Source: Salinispira sp. (GTDB lineage Bacteria > Spirochaetota > Spirochaetia > DSM-27196 > Salinispiraceae). From it: 64,000 nucleotides of DNA. Location of the stretch: the NCBI GenBank assembly GCA_965226555.1, contig CBDDDG010000021.1, positions 352,001 through 416,000 on the forward strand, in the 5' to 3' direction. Position numbers and translations under genes: made by a program. Below the pieces are notes generated by a model. It saw nothing but the letters and a program-made list of their open reading frames with translations, was not told where the DNA came from and did not search any database. Shown piece by piece: positions 52,778 through 62,785 of the stretch; within the stretch, counting starts at the first letter, position 1; every line of letters begins with the position of its first letter.

Positions 52778-53949
52778 GGCAGGCCATGTGCCGGTAGTTC
52801 ATCCATGAAAGGATCGGGGTCAAACTGTTCCATATTATACACGCCTGCTTTATGCCAGATGCCTGTCAGCATCATTTTTGCCCCAATCATGGCTGGAACC
52901 CCGGTCGTATAGCTAATGGCCTGGCTTTGAACCTCACGGTAGGCCTCCTGATGATCACAGATATTGTATATATAAACTTCCCGATTTTTGCTGTCTTTTA
53001 CCCCTCGAAGTATGCCTCCGATGCAGGTTTTTCCCTTTGTGCGGGGGCCGAGACTTGAGGGTTCAGGCAGTACTGCCTTAAGAAACTGCAGGGGAACTAT
53101 CTCCCTGCCATTGAAGTCAATTGGCTTAATACTTGTCATTCCCACATTGGTTAATACTTCGAGGTATTTGAGGTAATTATCAGAAAAACTCATCCAGAAC
53201 TGAGCCTTTTTGATATCGGGAAAATGCTTTGTCAGCGATTCAAGCTCTTCATGGTACATGCGGTATATATTGTAGGTTCCGACCTCGTTGGGGCAGGTAA
53301 ATTCCCGTGACATGGACATTGGGGGTGTTTCAATAAATTTTCCATTTTCATAGTGAACGCAGGCAGCGCTCACCTCACGGATATTAATTTCAGGATTAAA
53401 ATTTGTTGCGAATGGCCGGTCATGTGTGCCGCCGTTAACATCAATAATATCCAGATAATCGAGCCTGTCGAGATAGTGCTTCAGCCCATACGCGGTAAAG
53501 ACATTTGTTACGCCGGGATCAAAACCGCTTCCAAGAAGAGCCATTATCCCCTTTTTTTCAAAACGTTCATGATATTCCCACTGCCATCGATACTCAAACT
53601 TTGCAGTGTCCTTCGGTTCATAGTTTGCTGTATCGAGATAATCAACACCTGTTTCAAGGCAGGCATCCATTAACGGCAGATCCTGATACGGGAGAGCGAG
53701 ATTGATGAGGAGATCAGGCTGAACTTTCTTAATAAGTTTCACCGTCTGAGATACATCATCGGCATTGAGCTGCGCTGTGGAAATGCTCCGTCCGCGCATT
53801 TCATCTACTTGTTCGGCAATTACTTTGCATGTGCTTTCTCTCCGGCTTGCAAGGGTAATTTCGGAAAAAATATCTGAGTTCATGGCGCATTTATGGGTTG
53901 TTACCTGCCCAACGCCTCCGGCTCCGACAATTAATACATGTTTGCCCAT
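52741..53949 (-). CDS. Carboxy(nor)spermidine dehydrogenase (saccharopine dehydrogenase family)
   Basis: GAGGVG, NLALPYQDL, YLDTANYE, GFDPG, TNFNPEINIRE, SYTTGVPA; SD GAGGAG. Confidence 0.92.
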   Translation of the reverse strand: MGKHVLIVGAGGVGQVTTHKCAMNSDIFSEITLASRRESTCKVIAEQVDEMRGRSISTAQLNADDVSQTVKLIKKVQPDLLINLALPYQDLPLMDACLETGVDYLDTANYEPKDTAKFEYRWQWEYHERFEKKGIMALLGSGFDPGVTNVFTAYGLKHYLDRLDYLDIIDVNGGTHDRPFATNFNPEINIREVSAACVHYENGKFIETPPMSMSREFTCPNEVGTYNIYRMYHEELESLTKHFPDIKKAQFWMSFSDNYLKYLEVLTNVGMTSIKPIDFNGREIVPLQFLKAVLPEPSSLGPRTKGKTCIGGILRGVKDSKNREVYIYNICDHQEAYREVQSQAISYTTGVPAMIGAKMMLTGIWHKAGVYNMEQFDPDPFMDELPAHGLPWTVQTVQAAPE

Positions 53950-53965
53950 TGTTTTATTCTCCTCG

Positions 53966-54004
53966 AAACTTTTGCTACTGGAAATTGTGCAAGCACAACT
54001 TTTC
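53966..54004. repeat. Partial AT-rich palindromic module between speA and CANSDH
   Basis: gaaacttttgctactggaaattgtgcaagcacaactttt; abuts the SD on the minus strand. Confidence 0.85.
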
Positions 54005-55919
54005 AACGCTTGAAATAGGTATATCCGTTCATACTTGAATTAAAGGTCTGCATAATTATCTTCCCTTCTGAAACAGTTATTTTACCCTTCGTAATTGCAG
54101 TTTCTGTTTTCCTGCGGAACTGCTCCCGCACATGATCCGGCTCATATTCCACATAGCTGAGAACATCGGAAATTGAATCGCCGTGAATCTCCCTGACAAT
54201 GTCGTAGGTTCCGTCATTCTCTACCCTGATGGAAACAACATTCGGATCACCAAAAAGATTATGCAGATCTCCCAGAGTTTCCTGATACGCGCCCACAAGA
54301 AAAATTCCAAGGTAATATTCTTCATTATCTTTAAGGCTATGGAGGGGAAGTGTCCGTTTAATATCATGAATATCGGGAAAATGATCAATTTTTCCATCGG
54401 AGTCGCAGGTAATGTCGCCTAAAATACCCTGCCGATCCGGTTTTGTATTATGCCGATGAAGAGGAATAACCGGAAAAATCTGGTCAATTGCCCATGCGTC
54501 CGGCAGGCTTTGAAACACACTGAAATTACAATAATAAATGTCATACAATGCCTCTCCGAGGTTCCTGAGCTCGCGGGGAATGCGCTTTACCTTTTTCAGA
54601 TTAATGATTATCTGATTTATAAGCGACAAAAATATATTCTCACCCAGAGCCCGATCTCTCAGGCTTATGCCTCCGCTTTTGAAGCGTTCGCGCAGCTCAT
54701 TACGATGGTGGACAGCATCATGATAACATTCCTGAATGTTTTTCAGGTCCATATATCCATGAATTTCCCACAGGTGAAAAATTGTGTCATCCACAGCTTC
54801 GGGCAGTTTCTCCGGCGGCTGGGGGTGCTGTACAGGAGTAACATCGAGAACATTGCAGACAAGAATGGTTGAGTATGCGACAGTTGCTCTTCCCGATTCA
54901 GTCATAATGCATGGGTGGGGAGTGTGTGAGTCGTTAAGAATATAGGTTAACGATTCAATAATGTCAGTACAATATTCTTGGAGAGTATAGTTTTTACTGT
55001 GGACAAAATTTGTCTGGCTTCCATCGTAATCAATTGCCAATCCGCCTCCAAGATCCAGAAAACCCATGGGAGCTCCTTCCTGAATAAGCCCGACATAAAA
55101 GCGCGCCGCTTCCTGTATGGCATTTCGTATGTCCCGAATGTTTGGAATCTGACTGCCCAGATGATAATGCAGCAATTGAAGTGAATCCAGAATGTTTTCA
55201 GCCCGGAGGATATCAATAATATCGACAATTTCTGAAGTTGTCAGTCCAAAAAGGCTGTTATCGCCCCCGCTGTCCTGCCAATGACCGCCGGCTTTGCTTG
55301 AAAGCTTGATGCGCAGACCGATAAGAGGCTGAATGCCAAGTTTTTTGCTTCTCTCAATGAGAATGGGTAACTCACTGGGGGCTTCAATAACAAAAAAACA
55401 ACGGTACCCCATCTTATGCGCGTAGAGCCCGAGATCAAAAAAATCAGCGTCTTTGTAACCATTACATACAATAACGTTTTCGGTGCTGTACAGCATGTGA
55501 AGGGCAACAATGAGCTCGGCCTTACTGCCGGCTTCAAGGCTATGATTATACCGAGCGCCGCATTTTGTTATTTCTTCAATGACTTGCTGCTGTTGGTTTA
55601 CCTTTATGGGGAAAAGCCCCTGATATTTTCCGGTATAATTGAATTCTTTCATTGCCGCATGAAAACTTTCATTAAGCAGGGTGATTTGCCCTTCAAGAAG
55701 ATTCTCCACTCGCAGAAGAGCAGGCATTTGAATGCCTCGGTCAAGCAAATTTTTTATAATATCAAGAAAACGTATTTCATTGGATTTTCCATCTGTGGAT
55801 ACCCTGAGAATGACTTCTCCAGAATTGTTAATATCAAAATATCCTCCGCCCCATTCCTTTATTCCATAAAGATTAGCGGAATCCTGCGGAGACCATTCAC
55901 TCAGTAAATCATTGCTCAT
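54003..55919 (-). CDS. speA: Biosynthetic arginine decarboxylase
   Basis: FPIKVNQ, EAGSKAEL, CNGYKD, HYHLGSQI, ESGRA, DITCDSDG, GAYQETLGDLHNLFG. Confidence 0.96.
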   Translation of the reverse strand: MSNDLLSEWSPQDSANLYGIKEWGGGYFDINNSGEVILRVSTDGKSNEIRFLDIIKNLLDRGIQMPALLRVENLLEGQITLLNESFHAAMKEFNYTGKYQGLFPIKVNQQQQVIEEITKCGARYNHSLEAGSKAELIVALHMLYSTENVIVCNGYKDADFFDLGLYAHKMGYRCFFVIEAPSELPILIERSKKLGIQPLIGLRIKLSSKAGGHWQDSGGDNSLFGLTTSEIVDIIDILRAENILDSLQLLHYHLGSQIPNIRDIRNAIQEAARFYVGLIQEGAPMGFLDLGGGLAIDYDGSQTNFVHSKNYTLQEYCTDIIESLTYILNDSHTPHPCIMTESGRATVAYSTILVCNVLDVTPVQHPQPPEKLPEAVDDTIFHLWEIHGYMDLKNIQECYHDAVHHRNELRERFKSGGISLRDRALGENIFLSLINQIIINLKKVKRIPRELRNLGEALYDIYYCNFSVFQSLPDAWAIDQIFPVIPLHRHNTKPDRQGILGDITCDSDGKIDHFPDIHDIKRTLPLHSLKDNEEYYLGIFLVGAYQETLGDLHNLFGDPNVVSIRVENDGTYDIVREIHGDSISDVLSYVEYEPDHVREQFRRKTETAITKGKITVSEGKIIMQTFNSSMNGYTYFKR

Positions 55920-57736
55920 ACGTCAGCTTCCGATAGCTTGAAACGTTGAGTTACTAACTGAACGAGATTCTTTGTCCTTGAGTCAATTTGATCATGGCTC
56001 CAGCCTGTAGCAACGGCCAAGTCCTTATTAAGCGTGAGTCCGTTTTTGTAGCCGACAGGAAGACCTTGTTTATCAGTATGATCCCTCTTATCCTCAAAGC
56101 TCCTATTACCAAGTTTACTATTGAAAGCGGAAATCGTCAGGTTGCCCAATTTGTGAACATGTGTCTCTTGTATTTCCTTCGCTCTTTTCTCATCGCCATC
56201 GGCGATCATGGTTATCCACGGCATTGGGATATTTTCTCCTTTCGGAAAAATATGTTCAATTGTCCATACGAATTTCTTATTTTCACCGCGCTGCCAAAGA
56301 TCAACCCAACTTTCTTTTGTCATGGACTCTTCGGCCAAAGCGCAGAGAATAAACCGGGTTACCCCAACATTTTCTTCATAAATCGGCCCCCTTAGCTTGC
56401 GTTGGAAGTAATCGTCCGTAACAGAGACAGCCAGTAATTCTTGCTTAATTGATTCCGTAATCGCATGTGCGCGCAACCCACTGATCTTGTTAATTACTGT
56501 TATAAACAGTCGGGGAAGATCTCGGGTTGAAGGGGTATCGGTCAAATTACGATAAACGAAGAATCGGACAAGTAATTTGACTATTGATGATAGGTGAGAA
56601 TTCTCAAGTTTGAGCTCATTCTTTCGTACGAGTAAATACAAAATGAGCAAATATGATGGGGTGCCCTGAATCCGTTCTAAATCCTTTAGCGGTTTCTTAA
56701 GATCATTCTCAAGAGCATTGAGGGCTTCATCCTCGTTTCGTGAAAGTATCAGCGAATACAGTCGTCCAGCGTCACTGAGCTTCTGTAAACAATCTTTCGC
56801 GTTATGGTCAATGAGCTTTTCATAAATTTGAATTAGGTTGGATCGGATGGCGACCTGTACCTGAGGGATCGCTTTAAGTTGATTCCTGAAGGCGTTGTAG
56901 TACTGACGAAAAAAACGTTCCTGAATAGTATAGTCATCGCCTAGGTAATTCAGGAGACGCTTCCAATTCTCAAAATTGTGATCTACCGCGCCTTCGCCTG
57001 ATGGTTCAATGGATTCCAGACGGGCCAATAGCTTGTTCTTGATCAGATCAACGGCGGTAAGCGGAATCCCCCGATCGTTTAAAGTCTCGAACAGGATATA
57101 CGCGTCAGCGTGGCTTGCCACCTCAATTTTGACCATGCACGCGTGGCTGACTTTTTCTATGAATGCCATGATCGTATGTAGCAGATTGTTTTCTTCATTG
57201 CTTATTCGATTAATGCGATCTTGAAAATATCGATAAGCGCGAAATATCTGACGGTTACCAGCGTGATGGGGGTAGGGCGCATCCCCAATAATTCCGGCAT
57301 CGGCGAGAACAGCGCGGTAATCATCGAAATTATTACCCTGATTCTGCGGAAGCAGACGAATTTTATCGCCCCCTTTCTTGAGAACCAACTTGTGCTTCAA
57401 ATTGATCAGCTCAGCGCCCTGTTCATCATCCAAATCATTTTTATAAGATTTTAGAATCTGGTAAACAGCGGACAGAAGTAGTGAGAGCGTTGTTAGGCGT
57501 TGTTGTCCGTCAACGAGCTCAAGCTTCTGAATAGAAAGCGCATCGGTCGATTGATTGATGCAGATAATTGAGCCAAGGAAATAGCCCTGCTCGTTTTCAA
57601 GCACATCATCAAAAAGTTTTTTCCACTGATTTTTGCCCCATGAGTATGCACGCTGGTAGCGAGGAATGGCGTAAACCACTCCCGCTTCAATATCGAAAAG
57701 CTGTGAGACTGGGTAGTTATTTACAGATTGAATCAT
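55916..57736 (-). CDS. DUF262 + DUF1524 (GmrSD/SspE-like) NTPase-HNH nuclease
   Basis: IPRYQRAYSW, DGQQRLTT, FETLNDRG, IEHIFP...LGNLT...N. Confidence 0.9.
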   Translation of the reverse strand: MIQSVNNYPVSQLFDIEAGVVYAIPRYQRAYSWGKNQWKKLFDDVLENEQGYFLGSIICINQSTDALSIQKLELVDGQQRLTTLSLLLSAVYQILKSYKNDLDDEQGAELINLKHKLVLKKGGDKIRLLPQNQGNNFDDYRAVLADAGIIGDAPYPHHAGNRQIFRAYRYFQDRINRISNEENNLLHTIMAFIEKVSHACMVKIEVASHADAYILFETLNDRGIPLTAVDLIKNKLLARLESIEPSGEGAVDHNFENWKRLLNYLGDDYTIQERFFRQYYNAFRNQLKAIPQVQVAIRSNLIQIYEKLIDHNAKDCLQKLSDAGRLYSLILSRNEDEALNALENDLKKPLKDLERIQGTPSYLLILYLLVRKNELKLENSHLSSIVKLLVRFFVYRNLTDTPSTRDLPRLFITVINKISGLRAHAITESIKQELLAVSVTDDYFQRKLRGPIYEENVGVTRFILCALAEESMTKESWVDLWQRGENKKFVWTIEHIFPKGENIPMPWITMIADGDEKRAKEIQETHVHKLGNLTISAFNSKLGNRSFEDKRDHTDKQGLPVGYKNGLTLNKDLAVATGWSHDQIDSRTKNLVQLVTQRFKLSEADV

Positions 57737-57953
57737 CCATCATCTCCAAAATATCAATTCTTGCCCCCAATGAGCATAAATATGATACTATGAATTGCTT
57801 AAAACATCAACGGAATAGTAATTCTGCTCGGTGATATAAACTTTTGCTTGACACAAAGTTTCTCAACTGTTGTATACAACAATCTCGGAAATAATAGTGA
57901 AAGCCGTCAGAATTTTTCTGAGGCAAAACTATTAGCCACAGGAGGCAAAATAT

Positions 57954-59363
57954 ATGAGAACTAGGTCATACTCAGGAACAATCCTTTGCATTTTCTGCTC
58001 AATACTTATTGCATTGATTGCCGGATGTCCAATGCCGGAACCAGAACCAATGCCGGAACCAGAACTAACCGCGCCGGGTACCATGGCTGCTCCAACCCTC
58101 ACAGCAGGGAACGGGCAAGTAACTGTTGAATGGGTTGCGCCGACCAGCGATGGCGGCAGCGCAATTACCGCGTATGAGCTGCAATATCGATCGGCCGGAA
58201 GTGAATCTGATTGGAAGTTAATCTATTCCGGTATTGATGGCACAGATCACACCATCACCCATGTGGCAAATAACATCAGCTACGAGGTACAGGTTCGTGC
58301 TGTCAACGCTGTTGGCAATGGTCCATGGTCCGCAACAGCAACATCAATGTTGCCGTTTGCAACACAGGTTCCCGCGGGGACAGCGGCGCTCGTACTTCTT
58401 TCGGCTGATATTGATACCCGTATTGCCGCTGAGAACCTCGCCGTTTTTTTGACCACGGTAGAGCCGGGCACATACGCGGTCGATGAATCAGATGTCATTA
58501 CGATAACCCCCGCAACTGTGCCCGAAAATGTCACCCCGCCGACAGTTGATGTAAGTACCGGAATTATTACCGTTACAGCAAATACAACGGCAGGAACATA
58601 TCTGGTATACGGCAGTAAAACAGGAACCGGAGACATACTGTTTGCCGAATATTTCTATGTTACTGTGAGTCCTCAAGATAGTGATGGTAATAATGATGGC
58701 GGTAATGGTGAACTGAAAATGGCGGTAACTGAAGGGATATCTGTTTTGGGCACAGAAGTCATGGTTGATACTGACACCACCTATACCTATGCCGATCTCA
58801 ACTACATTGTTACCACGGCAATAAGGGATATGTCTGAGGTGTTCAAGAATAACAGCACATTCAATGGCGATATCTCACTCTGGGATGTCAGTTCAGTAAC
58901 GGATATAAACAATATGTTCAATAGCGCAGTCGCATTCAATGGTGATATCTCGGGCTGGGATGTCAGTAAAGTAACAAATATGAGTGGATTGCTCGGTTCC
59001 GCCAACGCATTCAATGGCGATATCTCTGTTTGGGATACTGGCACGGTAACGAATATGAGCAATATGTTCACTTTTGCAATCTCATTCAATGGCGATATCT
59101 CACTCTGGGATGTCAGTTCGGTAATGAATATGAGCTCCATGTTCGGTTTAGCAAGCTCATTCAATGGCGATATCTCCGGTTGGGATGTCAGCTCGGTAGC
59201 GAATATGGAATATATGTTTAATATAGCAAGCGCATTCAATCAAGATCTTGAGGAGTGGAAGGATCATTGGACGCTTGATGGTAATGGCAAATATACCGGA
59301 TTTAAAACAGGTATGTTTGTGAGTTCCGGCGTGACAGGTAGTCTGGTGCCGTCATGGTATTAG
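57954..59363 (+). CDS. Fn3 (x1) + DUF285 (x6) surface lipoprotein
   Basis: SD AGGAGG; lipobox IAGC-PMPEPEP; FNGDIS.WDV repeats; ends PSWY. Confidence 0.88.
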   Translation: MRTRSYSGTILCIFCSILIALIAGCPMPEPEPMPEPELTAPGTMAAPTLTAGNGQVTVEWVAPTSDGGSAITAYELQYRSAGSESDWKLIYSGIDGTDHTITHVANNISYEVQVRAVNAVGNGPWSATATSMLPFATQVPAGTAALVLLSADIDTRIAAENLAVFLTTVEPGTYAVDESDVITITPATVPENVTPPTVDVSTGIITVTANTTAGTYLVYGSKTGTGDILFAEYFYVTVSPQDSDGNNDGGNGELKMAVTEGISVLGTEVMVDTDTTYTYADLNYIVTTAIRDMSEVFKNNSTFNGDISLWDVSSVTDINNMFNSAVAFNGDISGWDVSKVTNMSGLLGSANAFNGDISVWDTGTVTNMSNMFTFAISFNGDISLWDVSSVMNMSSMFGLASSFNGDISGWDVSSVANMEYMFNIASAFNQDLEEWKDHWTLDGNGKYTGFKTGMFVSSGVTGSLVPSWY

Positions 59364-59413
59364 TTTCATAGCCCATAGCCCGCAGCGGCTAATGAAACGT
59401 TGCAATTCAACTC

Positions 59414-59489
59414 AGGCAGGCGCGGATTTTCCCCCGGATGCTTGGGCGAGCAGGCGTGCAACGCCGACCAGCCCGTGCCTGCCTTTTTT
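59414..59489 (+). terminator. Shared terminator with a GC module inserted in its loop
   Basis: aggcaggcgcgg...[ccggatgcttgggcgagcaggcgtgcaacgccgaccagc]...ccgtgcctgcc-tttttt. Confidence 0.75.
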
Positions 59490-59778
59490 CGATAGAGACG
59501 GCTGATCGGCGTACGCTTGGGCTGGTCAGAGGCCTGCGCCTTCTGCTCGCCCAAGCATCCATCAGGAATGCTTTCTTTGTGCTGAGCATTCTCCTATTTC
59601 ATAGAAAGTTTCTATACCTTGAGAGAATCAAGAATATGGATGAGAGAATCCTCATTTGAAAATTGTGCAGAGCAAAATTTTCAATAGCAAAACTCTGTAA
59701 TATCCCAAAATAATAAAACTTTTTCAAAAACTTTCTCATTTTGTCATACACCATTCATATTTTACCCGTCTATATAGT

Positions 59779-59895
59779 ATGAGCAAAAAATATATTGGTA
59801 TGGTACACGCTGAAAATATGTTTTCGGGAATGTTCAGATATTCCGGCACTTCATATATTCATACTTCAACAAAGGCCTCGCGGGGAGCATGGAGA
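59779..59895 (+). pseudogene. Degenerate 5' stub of Rpn type A
   Basis: MSKKYIGMVH; DNA resembles the start at 36568 (tacttcaacaaaggcctcgcg) but is frameshifted. Confidence 0.65.
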
Positions 59896-60024
59896 GCATC
59901 AACACAGAGCATACCATCCCCCATTCCCGACTCCCCGAAAAAAATTCACAAATTTTGCAAAATTCTTTCCAAATACATAGTCAAGAATGACTTTTTACCC
60001 GTCACAGATGTAGGAGGAATGTTT

Positions 60025-61153
60025 ATGAAAAAATCATCCCACAGCACAGGACACATCCACGACATAGCCTTCAAGATCGCCTACTACAGAACCCCCCGTA
60101 TGATTCCCGACCTGCTGCGGTTGTTCTGTGAGGATACAACGCTTACCAAGCTGGACATGGACAAAATCCGCATTGAAAACCCCAGTTACATTGCGGGAAA
60201 AAAGAACCTTCACTGCGATCTCGTTGTCAGCGCCCCCTTTCTGTCAGACCCCGACCGGAAAGCTCTATTCATTATTGAGCATAAAAGCTACCAGCACAAA
60301 CATGCTCACACACAGATTGATGACTATCAGCATGCCCTCAGAAACAGCAATGTGTACAATGAAAATGATGCTATCTATATACTTCTGTTTTACCATGGAA
60401 AAAAGGAATGGAACCTCCAGCGCGAATTTTACAGTTCGCATGGAAATGCTGCTTCCGAATCCCTTACCGAAGGCACGGTAGATGTCAGGGTGAAAGTGTC
60501 GTACATTGTGCGCGATCTTTGTAGAATGACAAAGAAACAGTTGGCATGGCGTTTCGATGGAAAACGATATACATCGACTGCGTTGTGGTATATAATGCGA
60601 GATAATAACAAAGTTTTTCCTTTAGGAAAAACTTTCTATACCGTGAGAGAATCAAGAGTATAGATGAGAGAATCCTCATTTGAAAATTGTGCAGAGCACA
60701 ATTTTCAGTGAAATGGACACTGAGGGGCTGAAAGAGATTGCGCAGCTCCTGAACGGTCTGTCATCACAAGACTTTACTGATCTGGCAGAGAGTGTGCTAG
60801 GCTATCTGAAAGATTTGGGACTGTATGAGCAGTTTGAGAAAATTGACAGGGAACTGTTCCCTGGAGGAGAAAACAGTATGCGGACATATAATATTACAAA
60901 CGCCTTCGTCAGAGAAGGAATGGAGAAAGGTATGGAAAAGGGTATTCTGAAAGGAATGGAGAGGGGCATTCTGAAAGGACGGGTTGAGGGAATGGAGAAA
61001 GGTATTCTGAAAGGTCGCGCTGAGGGGCATATTGAGGAGCGGAGAAAAAACGCCCGCAGTATGTTTTCGGAAGGCTTGTCAACAGAGGCTGTTCAGAGGA
61101 TTACCGGGCTGAGCGATGAGGAAATGCGGACAGTGCGGAACGGATCGCATTAA
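60025..61153 (+). pseudogene. Rpn type-B copy 4 interrupted by a 103-bp insertion
   Basis: Removing 60607-60709 restores RDN|EMD as in the intact paralogue. Confidence 0.88.
60878..61153 (+). CDS. Intact RpnS-type small protein
   Basis: GGAGGAG-aaaacagt-ATG; xxxG repeats. Confidence 0.7.
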   Translation: MRTYNITNAFVREGMEKGMEKGILKGMERGILKGRVEGMEKGILKGRAEGHIEERRKNARSMFSEGLSTEAVQRITGLSDEEMRTVRNGSH

Positions 61154-61171
61154 TTATTGCTGCTCTGCCTG

Positions 61172-61466
61172 CGCGCAGTTCCTTTCTCAATCGTTTGTTC
61201 TCGGCCAGGGCTTCCTGAAGTTCCCGAAACTCGGGACCATTGTTCATTTTCTGGTCGTTCCGAACCCATTTCGCGAGGGTATGATAACTTGCTATACCCA
61301 GCTTTTCCGTCGCCTGCTTCGTGCCAATTTCTTTGGCAAGCTCCACAGCCTGTTCCTTAAAATCCTCAGCATAGAATTTTCTGACTTTCCGTGTTTCCAT
61401 AACACTCTCCTCTCCCTATAGTATCGTGCTTAGAAGAGTGTCCGTTAAATCGAAGCAAGAGTTCCA
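61172..61466 (-). mobile_element. IS3-family remnant (left IR + truncated orfA starting at 61400)
   Basis: OrfA-like RKFYAEDFKEQAVELA...LAKW...ENKRLRKEL; left end reads tggaactcttgcttcgatttaacggacac on the minus strand. Confidence 0.8.
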
Positions 61467-61485
61467 TTATTCATTTTATGCGCCG

Positions 61486-62727
61486 TTAAAATATTCTTAC
61501 TTTCCCGCTCATCAATTTTGGCAAAAGCAGATCGCGTAGGTTTTCGAGTGTGCGGATTTGGCGACAATTTTTTAAAATCTTGTCTATGGAGGGTTTTGCA
61601 AGAGAGTCAAACTCTTCAATTTTTTCTTGTGGTGGAATAGTTACCGCAAGTGATTTGATTGCCCGTTGATTAATTCCGGGCTGAACCGAACTGGTATTCA
61701 ATTCGCGAAGTGCTTTTTTTTCTAAAAGAAAGTAAAGGAAAATTTGAGTTGCCTTTTCGTTAGTTCTCAAAATAAAGACATGTTCATTAATTGCGTATTC
61801 CGAAAACGGAAATTTATGTCCATACATTGCCTTTTTGCCAATATACGCACCATCTTTATATATCAATACATCGTATTCTTTTGCTTTGCCTTTTTGCATG
61901 TTCTGAAAATATTCCTCAGAAATGTATTTTGTTTTTGAAAAATCGAAGTTGCCGATACCGTTAATGCTTTCTGCGCCTATGCTTGCAATTCCCACTTTTA
62001 GATTGGGGTCAATACCGCCTTTTGGTCTGGAACCGGATTCTATTACATCAATGATATCTTCTAATTTTCCAATTTCCCAATCATCATCCGCATCCTCCAC
62101 AAACCACTTGCGGAACAAGGTCTGCGCCATATTTTCCAGAGTTGTGTTTTGGCGGCGGAGCAGGTCTATTTTGTCATCCAGAGATGATAGGACTTCGGCA
62201 ATGGCTTTTTGTTCGGGGAGTGGGGGGAGTAGGATTTCTATTCCCTTTATGTCTCCACTAGAAACTGATGAAAAAACCGTTCCAGAGGCACTATTTTCAA
62301 ATTGTGCTTCGGATGCTTTGAGCAGATAAAAAAGAAATCTTTGGTTGTTTTTTTCTGTTTTGAGACCACAATTTCCGCGACCTATAGAGCATTGCTCTCT
62401 TGTCATGTTAACGCGCCCAACGGGAGCACGGACACTCAGAAGTATGGTGCCAGCGTTAATTACTTTTTTTGGTGCTGAGCAATATATGCGAGGCGTAACA
62501 AATATATCACCAAAATCTACCACACCTTGGTAAAAAGGCATTCCGTCTCTGGTAGTGTTGTATGTTTCCGATTTGGGCGATTGTCCCATCACTATTTCTT
62601 CAACAATATCCCCCAATTTCACTTCCCGCCACCCCTCCGGCACGGAGCTTTGCTGAATAATTGTTTTCAGCAACCTTAATTGCTTCGGCTCCAAATCCAT
62701 GAATTTTTCTTTATCATCTACGCTCAT
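61486..62727 (-). CDS. hsdS: Type I restriction-modification specificity subunit (no hsdM/hsdR in window)
   Basis: VPEGW...KLGD, PPLPEQKAIAEVLSSLDDKI, second TRD, LRDLLLPKLMSG. Confidence 0.92.
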   Translation of the reverse strand: MSVDDKEKFMDLEPKQLRLLKTIIQQSSVPEGWREVKLGDIVEEIVMGQSPKSETYNTTRDGMPFYQGVVDFGDIFVTPRIYCSAPKKVINAGTILLSVRAPVGRVNMTREQCSIGRGNCGLKTEKNNQRFLFYLLKASEAQFENSASGTVFSSVSSGDIKGIEILLPPLPEQKAIAEVLSSLDDKIDLLRRQNTTLENMAQTLFRKWFVEDADDDWEIGKLEDIIDVIESGSRPKGGIDPNLKVGIASIGAESINGIGNFDFSKTKYISEEYFQNMQKGKAKEYDVLIYKDGAYIGKKAMYGHKFPFSEYAINEHVFILRTNEKATQIFLYFLLEKKALRELNTSSVQPGINQRAIKSLAVTIPPQEKIEEFDSLAKPSIDKILKNCRQIRTLENLRDLLLPKLMSGKVRIF

Positions 62728-62785
62728 CTTCTTTAAGATGCCTGCCTTTCTTGATTATCCTCAATCGATATGATACTACAAAACA

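Noticed and set aside
35052..60709. Programmed ribosomal bypassing of the inserts
   Set aside because: Take-off and landing codons do not match consistently (e.g. AAT/AGT, TAT/TGT), and the same alleles carry other inactivating changes
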